Source: Ascoidea asiatica JCM 7603
Lineage: Eukaryota > Fungi > Ascomycota
Reading direction: 5' to 3'
NCBI GenBank assembly: GCA_001600695.1
Contig: BCKQ01000013.1
Coordinates: 351,989-415,988 of the forward strand
DNA: 64,000 nucleotides
A model generated the notes under the pieces. It was not told where the DNA came from, searched no databases, and saw only the letters and a list, made by a program, of their open reading frames with translations. The translations under genes were made by a program, and so were the position numbers. Positions 47,246 through 60,600 of the stretch are shown one piece after another (the first letter of the stretch is position 1; every line of letters begins with the position of its first letter).

Positions 47246-47899
47246 ATAAAATTCATACAATGGCAGAAAGTACATCTCCAGATTTTAACAGTATATATGC
47301 TTTTTAACAAAACACAAACAATGTCTTCTACTGGGATAACCCAGATAGAGTCGTAGTCTTAATAAGTCTGAATAAACCGTAGAGTTTTTTAATATGTTTA
47401 ACCACTGGAGCTGCCATTATGGTTACCTGTGTGGGACGACTGGTGATATGTGTGATCACCTTGAGATTACCCGAGATAAGTATTTGTTGACAGAATATCA
47501 GGTGTATCGGGAACCGGTTGTTAACGAGCGAAAATGTATATTATGCTTCGGGGATCCCATGAAGGCTTAAACACAATTGTGAGTGCTACCCATTTAGTGG
47601 GAAAATGAATACCATACAGTAGGGGTGAATGAAGTAGAACTTCAAAAGAAACACATGAATTTTATTTTTTAACTTATATTTATTAAGGACACGTCTGCAG
47701 AACCGACTATAGGTAGTTCTTACATTAATTTTTATTTATTGAACTAATCATTTCATTAGCTACTGGTATACCTAATCATTAATATATTTTTTATAACCTT
47801 TACCATTACCACTTTGAAGTTAACAGGAAGTTGTATGTTCACATTCTGGTTTACCTTGCAGTCCAACATCTTTTTTATGTCCAATGCCGTGTACTGTAG

Positions 47900-50150
47900 A
47901 GAGATATTGCTCTAAAACTAGATGATAAATTATATTCGGCCATAGATTGGCTGCTGGTTTCACAGTTTATATAAACCCCCAGAGAAATTATCTTTTATTG
48001 GTGGTCTCTTTTGATCAAAAATTTAGTGATGAAAGGTACTATTCAGTTTGCTAAAGAACGATTAAAAAAATAGTTTATTGAATTCAAGCATAATAAGGAT
48101 GGGGTATATTTCTCTACTTAGTTAGAATTATCGTGAGAAGCAGTCTTTTCGTTTTAATGCAACATTCTGTTTGAAATGCTATTGTTTTCGAGATGTATAT
48201 GAAGCCAACTGTATGATATAACAGGTTTAAACAAACGACTACTATTTAAAAGTTCTGTCAGGTATTCATAATTAAATTCCTATTGCTGGCTAAAAGTAGT
48301 ATTACCGGTAGCAACTTTTATTCTGGTTCAAACACAAAATATAATGCGGTTGAGGTTTACGACTGAATCCAATATGCACTTGGATCTACTTGGCCTACAT
48401 GGAAACTTTTCTACTTAATTTAGCTAAAGACTAAGCAGCTTAAGGGAATTGATTCCGAGAATCAACAATAAGAAAGGATCCTTCCAGATCAACTAATTCG
48501 GTACCGATGATGGTAAGAGGTTGAGAAATCTTCTGTCAAAATTAAATATCGACCACTTTGACCGTAAGACGATTAAGACTGATGTTCCTACAGTCTCAAA
48601 AAGTTCAAAGATGTTCACTATAAAATAGTTGATAAGAAGAGTATGATCCAATACAAGCCTGTACTGGTTTTCCTATGGTCTTCATTGCACGTCGTGGATG
48701 TAAGAAGCGAAGTCTTATGAAACTTATTTTCCGTGAGAGAAACACTTTCAAAAAGTCATCGAAGCGAGTCAAGAACTAGTAGCAGAAACTCAATGTAAAC
48801 AAAATCATTACTGAAACAAATGATTATTCGGTAGTTGAATATCAAATTTCCTCTGAAGATTATTTTCTGCATCTAGCTCAAAATGCTAATCGATTTTATG
48901 TTGATTTATTTTTTTCTGAAATATCTATAGAAGATAGGTATGTTAGTTAGGGTGGTGCGACAATACATTTTACTATCGATGACTAGCTTTTAATTAACAA
49001 TAAACATGGTAAAGTGGATGTTCTTGCCGGTAACGCATATTATATTTTGTTCCGAAACGTAAAATGGATCAATTTCTCATTAAAAGATGTTCATTTTATC
49101 GAAGGTTTCAAGATTTTTATTTCTGCGACAATTTGTCATATTCTCGCTATAATGTGAATTAATGAGCTAATGGTGTCCACATCAGCGACAAATCTTCTGG
49201 AAAACCTGTAGTTAAAGCTACCGGAACAAAATGCTTGAGTATTTGGATAACGAAAGGGGTCTGCCTCAAACAGTTTCTGCGGAGAAGCAGATAACTTTAT
49301 TTATGATGCCATGGAGGCTTATGGTGAAACTGGTCACCGGACGGCTGGAGAAGGTGTCAGGATTTGTAGTTATTCCCATTGGGATAATACTAGTCCACCA
49401 CAGCCTGGAACTACAAGACCTGCTTAGAGCGCAGTATTACATGCCCTCGTGATAAGACCTTGTACCAATGATGACTTAAGGAGAAACGCAGGCCTTTTTG
49501 TATAGTGTCTTAGCGATAGTATTCGCGCAATGCCAAGCTACTGACTCAGGACTCTTGTTGTAAAGATTTAAACGTTCTTATGTGAAACAAGTTTGCCCTG
49601 TGGTTTTTAGATGACTGGTGAGTATAAATTATCTACATACGAGTTTAGCGATGTAACAGGCTGGATCTTGAAGTATTGTCGAGGTACAATTTTCGGCGAC
49701 ATTTGCGGGATACACTGACCTGGTCCGGAGTACGTAAGGGATTATGTAATCAGAAAGGCCGGAAATTGAATGATGTAAAGTCGAGTAATTCGGGTACACC
49801 GAAAGGAGAGAGGGGTCGTTTCAAGTTCCAATTATTAATAGTTTGAAGCAGTTATTAGATCATTGTTTTCTGCGAGGGACCAAAATGCGGTAGTAGAGGA
49901 CGTGATATCCTGCCATACAGAGCTGTTCTGGGCGAATAAGGTGATGTTACGGGGCTTGATGGGGTGTAATTGATTACTGATTAGCGACCAGAAGTGCATC
50001 AACTAGTAGGACAGCCGAATGTACAAATTGAACCAAAAAGTCCGTATAGATTCTGTCAAAGCGAAATTCTATTTGTACCGTTTATCAAGCTGAATATCAA
50101 CAAAACGGACTTGTAGATTGAGATCACGAGATCTAATTTCAATCCCAAAT
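47900..50150 (+). mobile_element. Ty1/copia (possibly Ty5-like) retrotransposon relic: gag, protease and integrase; RT not seen
   Basis: Protease motif GGATIHF (48951), SLKDVHFI (about 49080), then integrase remnants KTCLE, RPFCIVS, TD.GPEY, GTP and ELFWANKV...N (49919) in copia order. Confidence 0.7.
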
Positions 50151-50504
50151 AGTACAGGTACGAAGTGTTATCCGTATTTTGGGTTCCCCAGTAGCAACTT
50201 TTTTTTATACGTATGGCAAATAGCTAGCAAGATTTATGACATATATTTCTTGTCGATCAGGGTCGAAATTAATATAAATAGACGTTGATTGTTCATAATC
50301 CTTTTTTTATAGAAATTTTTATACAGAGATTATGGAAATGTAAAAATATGAATAGGAATAATAATATTCAACTAATTATTCATATCGTTCGATCAATAAT
50401 ACATCAATTCAAATGGCCTTGCAACAGTGTGTGTACTGTTGAACAGATCATCGCATAGGATATTCTAGAGGCGTAAAATAGGACATGTCTGCTTACGGCA
50501 GCTA

Positions 50505-51198
50505 AAGCGTACAAAGTAGAAAGAGCCTAGGACTGTTACAAACCATAGTACTTGTGTATTTAAGAGCACATTGAAGCTAAGCCATTCTGAACGAAAAGCA
50601 CGCAACAGGCGTTCTTAGCGTCTTAGGATATATGTCAAATCCCAATAATCAATGGCATCCAGACACGGCCGCCTTATGGATGCTTGAATTAGCTAAGCTT
50701 ATTTTCATGCGAGAGAAGCTATATTTCTCACTGTGCTTACCGAATTCTCTACCAATAAACAGGAGATGATTGGCTATTCGGTTAAGAATCTATTCCGAGC
50801 GGAGTTTAAGAATTAATAATTATCCCCCTCATTATTTTGCTCCCCCACTAGAGAGTGGACTGATTAGTTTACTATGATGAAACTGAAATGTGAACTTCAA
50901 TTGATTTCTAATCAAATTTTGACCCCTTTTTACTAGGTAAACTTGATCCCATCTTTATTCTACCCAGGAATTCTTGAATTTTAGGGACTTGCCTCCGAAC
51001 TACAGAGGTTTCTCCGAGACCTCGTATGAATCCAGAATCATTATACAACGAGTCGATGAATTTTTATTTTTTTAATCAATTTATTTAGATATGTGTTCAA
51101 AGATCATAGATTTCCCACGAATAAATTGATTATTATATAGGTTCGAGAACAGTAAATTATATATTTCGAAACCGTAAAATGAATAAAAATTTAGAATA
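50505..51198 (+). mobile_element. Second, diverged copy of the long LTR (3' part)
   Basis: Aligns from AGCGTACAAAGTAGAAA to TTATATATTTCGAAA with 44080-44794; 5' boundary uncertain (candidate TGTTA at 50166) and no duplication found. Confidence 0.75.
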
Positions 51199-52057
51199 TG
51201 TTTTAGGTGATACTGTTCAGGACTAGGAGAAAAGAAAGTTTATATTATTCCCCCATATATCGTGGAGTCTAATGTTCAAAAGAAAACAACAATGGAAATG
51301 CTTGTTTTTTCGCATGAGAGAATCAAAATGTTATCATTGGGAAACCCATATGACCTTGGGTACACGCCAGTGCCCAAAACAGGGGCATCTAAATTTTTAA
51401 CGAAAAGCTAGGGTTTGGTGAGGTATATTAGTAAACTAGATGATTCGAACCATTTAAAAGATGAAAGCAATGGAAGAAAACGAGTGTAGATTTTTGGTCA
51501 AACAATAACTAACCACCTATCAGACTGAGGTAAAACACGAATAAATAGATAGAAAGTAATGATAACTGGTAATAAATATATATTAAAAGATAATAATAGG
51601 TAACATAAGTTACTGATTGGACTGAAGCATCTGCACTAATTTGTTTGAGACTCGTGGTTAACAAATTGGTAACTAAAAAAGTAAAGTATAACTTAAACCA
51701 AACCCCAGACGTCCAACGGCAGCATCTATACAGTAAGAGCTTTTATATAATTTTCCAAAGCAAAAAAAGTTGGTACCGAAGCGAGGGCTCGACATTATGA
51801 CAAAATGGACAGATATTTTACAGAATTCAACGGTTCCCGATGACATGGGATAGTCAGGCTCGGATTATGCTAAAGGCTACAATCATAAACAGGGGTAATG
51901 ATGCGGAGCTTGAGGTTTACTCTCCGGAACAAATTGTGTCAATGAAGGTCATCCGAAAGGTTCTTTTAAATGGCACCAAGCATGTGGATAAAATTGTTAG
52001 GAGCGTTTGACCTTTGAATAACATTGATATCCAAACACTAGTTGTCGTTGGTGGATT

Positions 52058-54720
52058 TACTTTTTAAATGTCAGGTTGGGTCCTAAGCTAACTTTTAACG
52101 TGATCAATTTCGTAACCTAACCTCTTAACCTTTCAACTGACTGCAAACAAAAGTTTGAAAAAAGGAAAATTACGATAGAGGCACTTCCAGCACTAACAGT
52201 TTTTTCCAAAGTTCCAAGCATTTTCTACTTTGCCGAACCCCAAACTCTGGATAAAAACAAACAATGTGATTCTTTATAATACAAAAATAGTCAAAAAAAT
52301 GCCCATAATGGGAGGTCGAAGAATACACGTCCCCAACAGAGCTTTGGCTCACTCAAAAGAACAAAAACAACATTACAATCGTGATAGAGTATGTGATTGT
52401 ATAGGAACATCCTATACTCTACCTTTTTGTCGTGGTTCAACCTTCGTAAAATGCTATTATTTGTTAAACAGAACATCAACATACTAACCAAAACACAAAA
52501 TGCTTGAATAATTTCACTATTAACAGAAATCGAGTTTAAAATGCAACAATGGATTTATAACAATTATATCGAAGATGTGTATGAAATGTGAGAGCATCTC
52601 AAAAATTCTCCAATCAAAAGCCTTCTTCCGTCTTAAAATTAGGATGAGCAACGTGTCAAAACAACTTGTTTGTTAGAACGTTTGTTGATTATCAAAGTCC
52701 AAAAAATTATGGAAGGTCGTCACACAAAATTAAGAACCAATCGTGCTAAGTATTGTAGAGACTTTAACGTATTTTCAATTACCAACAAGTGAATTAGAAT
52801 TCATTAGTATTTCAGACGACCATGAAAACTTATAGTTACAAAATAAAACTAGTTGTACATTAGAACCCATTTTTTAGCAACAGTCTAATCGAAAAGAAAA
52901 ATCTTCAAACATTATAGCTCTGTTTTTTGCTCAGTCTAAGCATTCTTTAGAATTGCAAACCAATAATCCTTTAAAAAATTTTTACCGTTTTGTGGATTCC
53001 ACTTTTTAGTTTCCTACTATAAATTGCCAAACCTAAAATATAAGCACTATGATTATGATATAGATTATGTTAAAAATATAATTTCGAATGCAGATGGCAT
53101 TGCGTTATCAAGTCATCTCTGGACTTCGGCTTACGAAATATTTATTTTTGGTGAAAATATGCATTCTTTAAATAATAAAATAAAAAGTAAAGACTTTATC
53201 ATTGCCTCTGAAAAAATTCATTATCCTCATTCAGGAGCAAATAGTGCAGATGAAATTAAAAACATAATAGTTTTTTTGGTTTTAAAAAAATTGGTTAGTA
53301 CTACAACAGATAATATGTCGAATACCTCGTTATGGTATGGCTCCATAGAAAGAGGTTTAAACAGGGAAGGTTCAAACTTTCCTGTTTCAACCTTTTTAAG
53401 ATCCTTCAAAAATGGAGCCTTTGGTATTAGATGTTCAACTCATAATATAAATTTCGTTCTTTCTGATGATTTCAAACAATTACTTTAGAGTGACCTACCG
53501 AAGTTCAACATTATGCTGGAAAACTAAACTATATGTTACCAATTTCAAATACTGGGAATCGAATGTAGCAGATGTTATTTGTCCCATTTCAGCCTTCCGC
53601 TGATTACCTCAAAAATAAAAACAGCTTATCAACAAAATTTTAACTAGTCTCCTGTCAGTTGCAAAATTGAAGATATAGTTGAAAATATTTATGAACGCTG
53701 AAGTAGATGTTTCAGGGCAGTTGGAATCGCAAACCGATGACGGAATTTTACTCATTTGGGTTTTCAGGATTGTTTGGTATTAAAAGAAGCATTTATTCAG
53801 TTTTCAGGTAAATATGCAACTAATTCTCAAATTGATGACTCTGTTGTTTGTAAAATTCCACAATTCGCTTAGCCTTTGAAACGTTTTTACGAGGTTACAA
53901 TGATCTTCCGCATGAACTTATAGGTATTCTTCAATACAATTGTATTTTGGATTATTTAACAAAAAATATCTAAAATTATATAAGGTCCTATAATGCTGTA
54001 AAACATTTTTGGGTTAGGTTAATTTAGATTTGGTACAAAAAAACAAAAGAATATACAACTGAATTGGTTACAGAAAATCAGTTAGCTCACTTACCGTACT
54101 TGCTAACTGGCGCCGATGCAAATTGGGAGTTTACAGCTGATAATAATCATAAAGCTAAATGTCTTTTAACAAATGTAAAAGAATTAATTGCTTCAATGCC
54201 AAATGAGGAAGCAATTACTAGTTCAAATATGCTCCTAAGATTAGAGACATTAAATTTCGGAGGAGATCCTACTAATAAAAATTTCCTTGATTATAATCAA
54301 CTTCGCTTTATGTTTTCATTGCAAATGTTAGGCTTGAGAAACGTTAAATTTTGTGTAAATGTGCACAAATCTTTTGGGAAGAAAATCAAACCCGGTTCCC
54401 AAAATCATACCAAATTGCTAACCTACTTTTTTCCTTTTAATCAACCAGTGTCCCAACGAAAAATAATTAAGTTTTACCCGAGTGGTTTACAAACTGTGAA
54501 GACTTACACTTTCTATTCAAAAATTATAAAAATTAATTGAAATTCTTATATCTCTACAAGTTAATTTTCGGGAAGATGTGGAGCTGGCTGAATCAGATTA
54601 TTGCGATGAAACCTTTTTTGACTCAAATCTATTTTTTAAATCCGATTTTGGTTTCACTTTGTTTATTCTATTTTTTTATTTTGTTCATTTTTTTTTTTTT
54701 TACTTGGGAATTGTTTTTTA
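52058..54720 (+). mobile_element. hAT-2: older, heavily decayed relative of hAT-1
   Basis: Left end resembles the hAT-1 terminus; ATG 52541 MQQWIYNNY (cf. MAQWIYQNF); ALSSHLWTS, HSGAN, TTTDNMSN, IRCSTHNIN and LVTEN are colinear with hAT-1. Right end not defined. Confidence 0.88.
52293..52362 (-). ncRNA. Decayed remnant of the tRNA-like cassette in hAT-2
   Basis: CCATAATGGGAGGTCGAAGAATACACGTCCCC aligns with CCACTAACGGGAGGTCGAATCATACACTCCC of hAT-1 at the equivalent position. Confidence 0.55.
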
Positions 54721-55073
54721 CTGATGTTATAGTCGAATACTGTAACAGGCATTGTGACAGGTTTAAGTTCCGTGCTTACACCGATTGAGTCTCGGCTGTG
54801 AGAAGTCAAACAACCTAACACTATAGGTGTGGTAGCAAACCACTCAATAAATCAAATACATCGCTAGCCCTCTTCCCATTCTATCCCAAACATCCTTGTA
54901 AAATTATAATTTTCCGCCCACTAATATACGTATTCCTTGGCGATTCCCTATATTGGTTAAGCCAAAAAAAATAATTGAACACTCAAAATAAGCAAACAAC
55001 CTATCAACAAATTAATAAAACAGAGTATTATAATCTCAATAAAAACGTAAATTAACAGCTTTCTATATCAAAG

Positions 55074-56500
55074 ATGCATCCTCCAGACAATCCACAAGCA
55101 ACAGATCGCACAACCAAAAGGTCGCAGAACCAACATATTTGAGAAACAATAAATGGTTCAACTGAAAAGCAACAAGAACAAAATCAACCAACCGAAGTTC
55201 AAGATGATCAATCAAAAAAACATCCAGATGATCAACGAACAGAAAACCAAAATAAATGATTCCCCAGAGGAACCAGCAACAGATACCAAGAACGAATCTG
55301 AATCGAACTACTCACCCTCAAAAGAAGAATCAAGTGATTAAAACTAAACCCCAGAAACTGACATAACTCCATCATTTCCTCCACCAGAAATCAAATATAT
55401 TAGATCAAAACAAGAACAGATGTGGATGGAATACAATACTGTGAATCTGAAATAGAAACGTTTAAAGGAATGATCCACCCAATTATTTTTGAAGGACAAT
55501 TATCAATTACTAGACAGTCTATCCAAAGAATACTCAATGCTATCGATGTACAATTTATTTCTTTATTATGTAAAAGAAGAGCTGATGAAAATATCACTTT
55601 ATTGCTCTGCTCAACAAAATTTGGCTATAGGCAAACACTAGATTTCTTTGCAGAATCAGCAAATAAGAATCAACCATTTAGTTCGGACTTCTTTTTCGAT
55701 CCTGAAGGTGAGTATTTAATTGGAATAATGGAATCTTCCATAATTACTCTCACCAATCCCAAAAATGAAAAAGGATGATTTTTCTACAATATTACAATTA
55801 TGAAAGCGTTTTTTATTAGAACCTGTAACAAAGAAAAAAGCTTTAGTTCCGTCCTACAACACAAAAATCCATATTCCTTTTCATAAAGGAGGTTGTAAAT
55901 ATCAAGTTTGATGCCTAATTTATGGATTATCTTATGGTCATGAATCTGAATTCTTTAAGAATTTAAATTTCATTCAACCGTTTAAACTTTGGATCAAAGG
56001 TATCATTTCAACTCTCGTAAACCATCAATTAATCTTCGACCATATTGATAGCAAAGTTCATGTATTAAAAACTGAACTAAATAAAAAACTAGCGCATGCC
56101 CATTCACAATTTCAGACAAGATTAGTCAAAATATTTACAACCCAGACTCCCTTTTACTGGTAAACTAATCAATCAAAGAATTTTAAGAGTTGGTATTGCT
56201 TAATATAAACATTAGACCTCCATGTTAAACATTCATTAGAACTGAATGGCCTCGCATTGTCCCACTATCCGAAGTCCCTGATATTATAACTGCATTTTTA
56301 AATCAAACAAATATAACAAATGGAACAACTGGAAGAGCCGAAATCATTAAGCTGTTTTGCAATACTCCAAGTGCAGTTTTCTTTTCAGTATTTCAAATAA
56401 GAAAAAATTATAAACCATAAATCTTACAATTCCATTTTTTTTACTACCAACCAATATACGTGATCCACAGGAATTACTTATATTGGTGAAACCTCTAAAC
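55074..56500 (+). pseudogene. Decayed A-rich ORF of unknown family
   Basis: ATG at 55074, a disordered N-terminus and ORF fragments 55153-55341 and 55422-55778 separated by frameshifts; no diagnostic motif seen. Confidence 0.4.
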
Positions 56501-57018
56501 TTTATTTAGTTTGCAATCAATTTTTAACCAATCAAATTCGAGCTATTATTATTTTTTTTACTTTAACTTTCTTCAGATTTCCCCAGTACAATTAGCCAAG
56601 GCTCCTATACAAAACTATCAAAACACAAAAACTGTATGAATCCTTTACTTCCCTTCAAATGTTTAGTTTTTTCAGATCTTTCTTTTATTACGGCGGAAGT
56701 ATATTAAATTTTGGTATATAACACTATCCAAATTTAAAATTTCTACTATTGGATACTTATTTTATTTTATTTCACATTATTGCTTTTATACTGTAATTAT
56801 AATATACTATAGATTCCTTTATCTTATTGTTGATCTGTACAGCCAATTTCCGAAGCTCCCCCGATCTTCTTGGGCAATCCTAAGTCATGCTGTAATTTTT
56901 AAAGTTTATAAAAATTACCTCTTCGAAATCTCAAACTGGAGTTTTTAACTCGAGAATGGGGCTGGAATGTGTGTTTTGTTCTCATTTTCTGTTATAAGTA
57001 GAAGTAATACCTTCCTTA

Positions 57019-58050
57019 ACGTTGGGCAAGCACAAGCAGCGGGTGATAGAGTTTCTGGTTAGAACTCCTATAATGGTGTTTTTTCTTTGTATCTAGTTCG
57101 CATCTATTGTTGAGAATATTTTTGCCGACTTTGCGGCCGACTAGTGGGTACTTAGTGTTTCTTGAAATGAACACCTGGTTGCTGATTGGGAGGAAAAATA
57201 TGACCATGTCAAATTTTTACTGACGTTTGCTAAGGTTTTGAAGAGTGGTATCAAATTCTACCCTTTTTTAGATGAGAATAGGAATTTTTAAAAGCACGTC
57301 GTGACTGTGTGCAGTTTTAATCCTTTGCTTGTTGATCTTAGGAACATTTTAATAGAAAAGAACAACTTGAAGAGGTTGCAAATGATAAAAAAAATTTATT
57401 CTAGGCTCCCAAACGAATTTATTACTGACATTTACCTAAATTTTGCCACTAAAAAGTCTTGCTTTACTTATTTCCATTACTTGGATCTTAGACAGCTTGG
57501 GAATAGAGAAAGCATTTTCACTTTTAATAAGTTACTTACGAAGGGTTCCGGTTTGTGAATGCTACGCTTGACAGACCGAAAAATATACTTTGTTTCTGGA
57601 CAAACAACAAATTCTACACGGATTCACCGATTAAACTATTGTCAACAGCCAGGTCTTATAAGTTTGTTATTACTGTCTAAAGGTGCATGTAAACCCATCA
57701 TGAGTATTACGACCACGATAATGAAGCTCTTAAATATTGGCTTCAGCGACTGAGTTACCGGCGAATAAACAGTCTCGCTCTAACGTGATTACACGGTGGG
57801 GATGATTGAGTATATCACCATTACTTCTTTGTTACTGGACAAGAAGAATTAGTCCCGGTTGCTATACAAAACCGTAGTCGAACGCCGTACAAGTAAGTAC
57901 AGTTATTCTCTCGTGATTAGAATTCAACTACAGAAAAAATGACGCTCTCAAAAGTTGCGGATGCGTTGTTTGTTTGTTCGGTTATTATGAGTGGGACCTG
58001 TACATTATATTTGTGTACAGGTACAGCCTATTTGTAAATAGGAACTTAAT
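57019..58050 (+). other. Endogenous totivirus-like (L-A/L-BC) RNA-dependent RNA polymerase relic; may extend to about 59200
   Basis: Ordered degenerate RdRp motifs: RWASTSSG (57020), KYDHVK (57196), FTYFHYLD (about 57470, motif A), KG-x7-ITT-x5-LN (57679, motif B), INSLALT*LHGGDD (57765-57806, motif C), TTEKMTLSKVADALFV (57927) and YLCTGTA (58008). Confidence 0.72.
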
Positions 58051-59499
58051 AAATTTCTTGAAATATTTACAGGCGACAATTGGTAACAGACCCGCCTTAG
58101 TGGTAGTAATTCGAACCTTAGCAATACCTGTATTCTTTCATTGATGTATTCGAATCCGGTTGATTGTTGAGTTATGACGGGATTGCGATTTATTGCATTG
58201 CCATATTTTCTTAATAGGTCTTTTATATGAGCTGTAATACTTTACTCTGTCATTAATACTTCGCGAACCGGCAGCAGAAAAGCAGCGTAAAGAATAAATT
58301 AGTGAAACGTCATCTGTGTATAGTTCAAGGTCCGAACCAGGACCCCTTAACAATTGGCCTTTCCATCACCGGGCCTAGAAGAGTGGTATTTAGAAAGTAT
58401 TATGCAGACAGAACGAAGGAGTAATTGACTGAAGAGTGGTTGTGGTTAGTAAGAGTGAAATAACTTGTATACAGCCTGTAGTCCAAAGACGACTTATGTC
58501 TTCTGTAACTTCAAAAATTACACGAGAATTTGAGGCTTTCTTGATATTTTATATAGGAAGTTAGAAGGATTAACGTAAGCGGTGATGGAATCTAGCGCCG
58601 GTACCGAGCCATGAAGGTGAACATGTCTGGACGAACGCTTAACTGGTGCGTTAGTGGAATCTGTGACGTATATTCCATTTAAAATATAGAGCACCGTGTA
58701 AAAGGCACTGTTGAAAGGCGAGTGAATACATTCAGAGACCTTACCCATAGTAAAAAATGGACAATAATATGATAGTGATAATAGGGAAGATAGCCTTGCA
58801 GGAAAAAATATTCAACAGAATCCTGATAATGTCACCGGCGGAAGGTGATTTTCATCTGGCCATGTTCTGCTTGATAGATAGCTGTCGTGACTCTGAAAGT
58901 AGTTGGCTTTATAGATTCATTATAAATAATTTAACGGTTCAATGGCTAACTTAAGTTGTAATCAAGAGTATTTTAAGTTGTAAAGCAAAGAACCCTTTAA
59001 ATATACATTGGAAACAAACGTCAAATATAATTCCCACCAGCTTGACAGTACAAACTTTGAATATTGATTCTTGGATAGAGGAAAGATTAGAAAAGACCAT
59101 ACATAATCGGGTAAGGCAGGGTACTAAATATTATTACAAGATGAATATAGGCATGCCAGATGCGATTGAGTCCATGTAGGTGTATTAACAATAACGGAGC
59201 CCTTATAAATTAGTATGCTAACCACTTTGAACGAAAATGGACTAGCCTCAATTAGTATGCTAGCCGTTTTAAAGTATTGAGACAAATGCTTCAAGTATAA
59301 TTTCGGACCTATATTCTTATCATATTAAATTAAAAGAAAGTTCATTTTAAAATAAGTTTCATTTTTTATTAGGTGCTTCTCTTTTGATATGTGTTTCCAC
59401 TTTGGTTATGATTACCTTATTTATTGTTCTTGTTTGTGTATATATTTCCCCTAGGAAGCTAACTTTTTTTGCATTTTAGTAACAAAATTAATATATAAC

Positions 59500-60600
59500 A
59501 GACCTTGAGGCACTTTTATTTATATTTTTTTAAATTAACGTTAACTATTAGATTATTATTAAATTTTACTATTTATATTAAATGTCCATTTAACTCAATT
59601 AATTTAAATTCGAACTCTTTAAATGAAATAATTGGCCAATTTGAAAATAAGTTGCGACTGTATCTCGCTCTCATCTTAGATATTTATGTTCAACATGATT
59701 AAAAAAATTTTTTGTTGATGGTTGATCAGATATTTCAATTGCTAGTTCAGTCATAACGATTTTTGAAAACATAATTAATGGAAGTGCAAATCATATTATA
59801 CTTCCAATTTGTATCTGCAAATTACAGTTAATTATTTCATATAAAGAACCAGCAACGATTTATATCCGCGTAAATTATAGCTTTAGTTAATAGTTAGTTA
59901 TTGTCAATTATTTTTGGTTTAACATTATCCTTTTTTCAATTTTGTTTATTTATAATTTAACTTTTAACTCATAATTTAAGTTATGTATTAAGTCAACACG
60001 ATTTATTTTTTTTATTCGGTCTGTTTGATTTTGCGAAATACAAAAACATATTATTTATGAAAAATAGTTTTCAAAAATTATTTGTCAGATAATTTTACTA
60101 CTGACAAGGATAAGCTCAATCAAAATGGCTTTGCAGCTAAACTAGGTCAACATTCAACATTAATTAGTAATATTAGTCATAACATTGAATAAATTAAGGC
60201 TGTGCTTGAAATAGAAATCAGTAAAGAGCTGCATAGAAGAATTAAATATAACAATGGACATAAACATCAACAGTTATCGAAAACTCAAAAATTTTTGTAT
60301 CATTATATCGATGGTACAGTTCTCGATAGACAAACCAATTCCCCTTGGAAAATTTATTATCAATACTAATAACTGTCAAATTGCTGTTTTACACAAATGA
60401 ATCCATATCAAAAAATAAAATTTAAAGTTTTTCGAGACTTTTGGAGATTGGTTCACCGTAATTGTTTTGATTTTTCTTATTTTACGTTTATTACGAGATT
60501 CAAAATGTTTAATGAAGTTATTCTTCATTGCAGTAATGCTTCTGTGTCTAACGGAGAGCCTAAGTTCACTGGTACGTCTTAGCTACAATTATGTTTTTAA
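59500..60600 (+). mobile_element. Probable third, unrelated hAT transposase relic
   Basis: FVDG*SDIS at about 59712 (DxWS/T first catalytic motif with W>stop) and C-terminal DFWRL...VILHCSNASVS..E resembling the hAT dimerisation domain. Confidence 0.4.

Noticed and set aside
58138-58748. Minus-strand ORFs with an RNase H-like LYTD motif
   Set aside because: It is a single short motif, and the adjacent plus strand is better explained by the ordered totivirus RdRp motifs.
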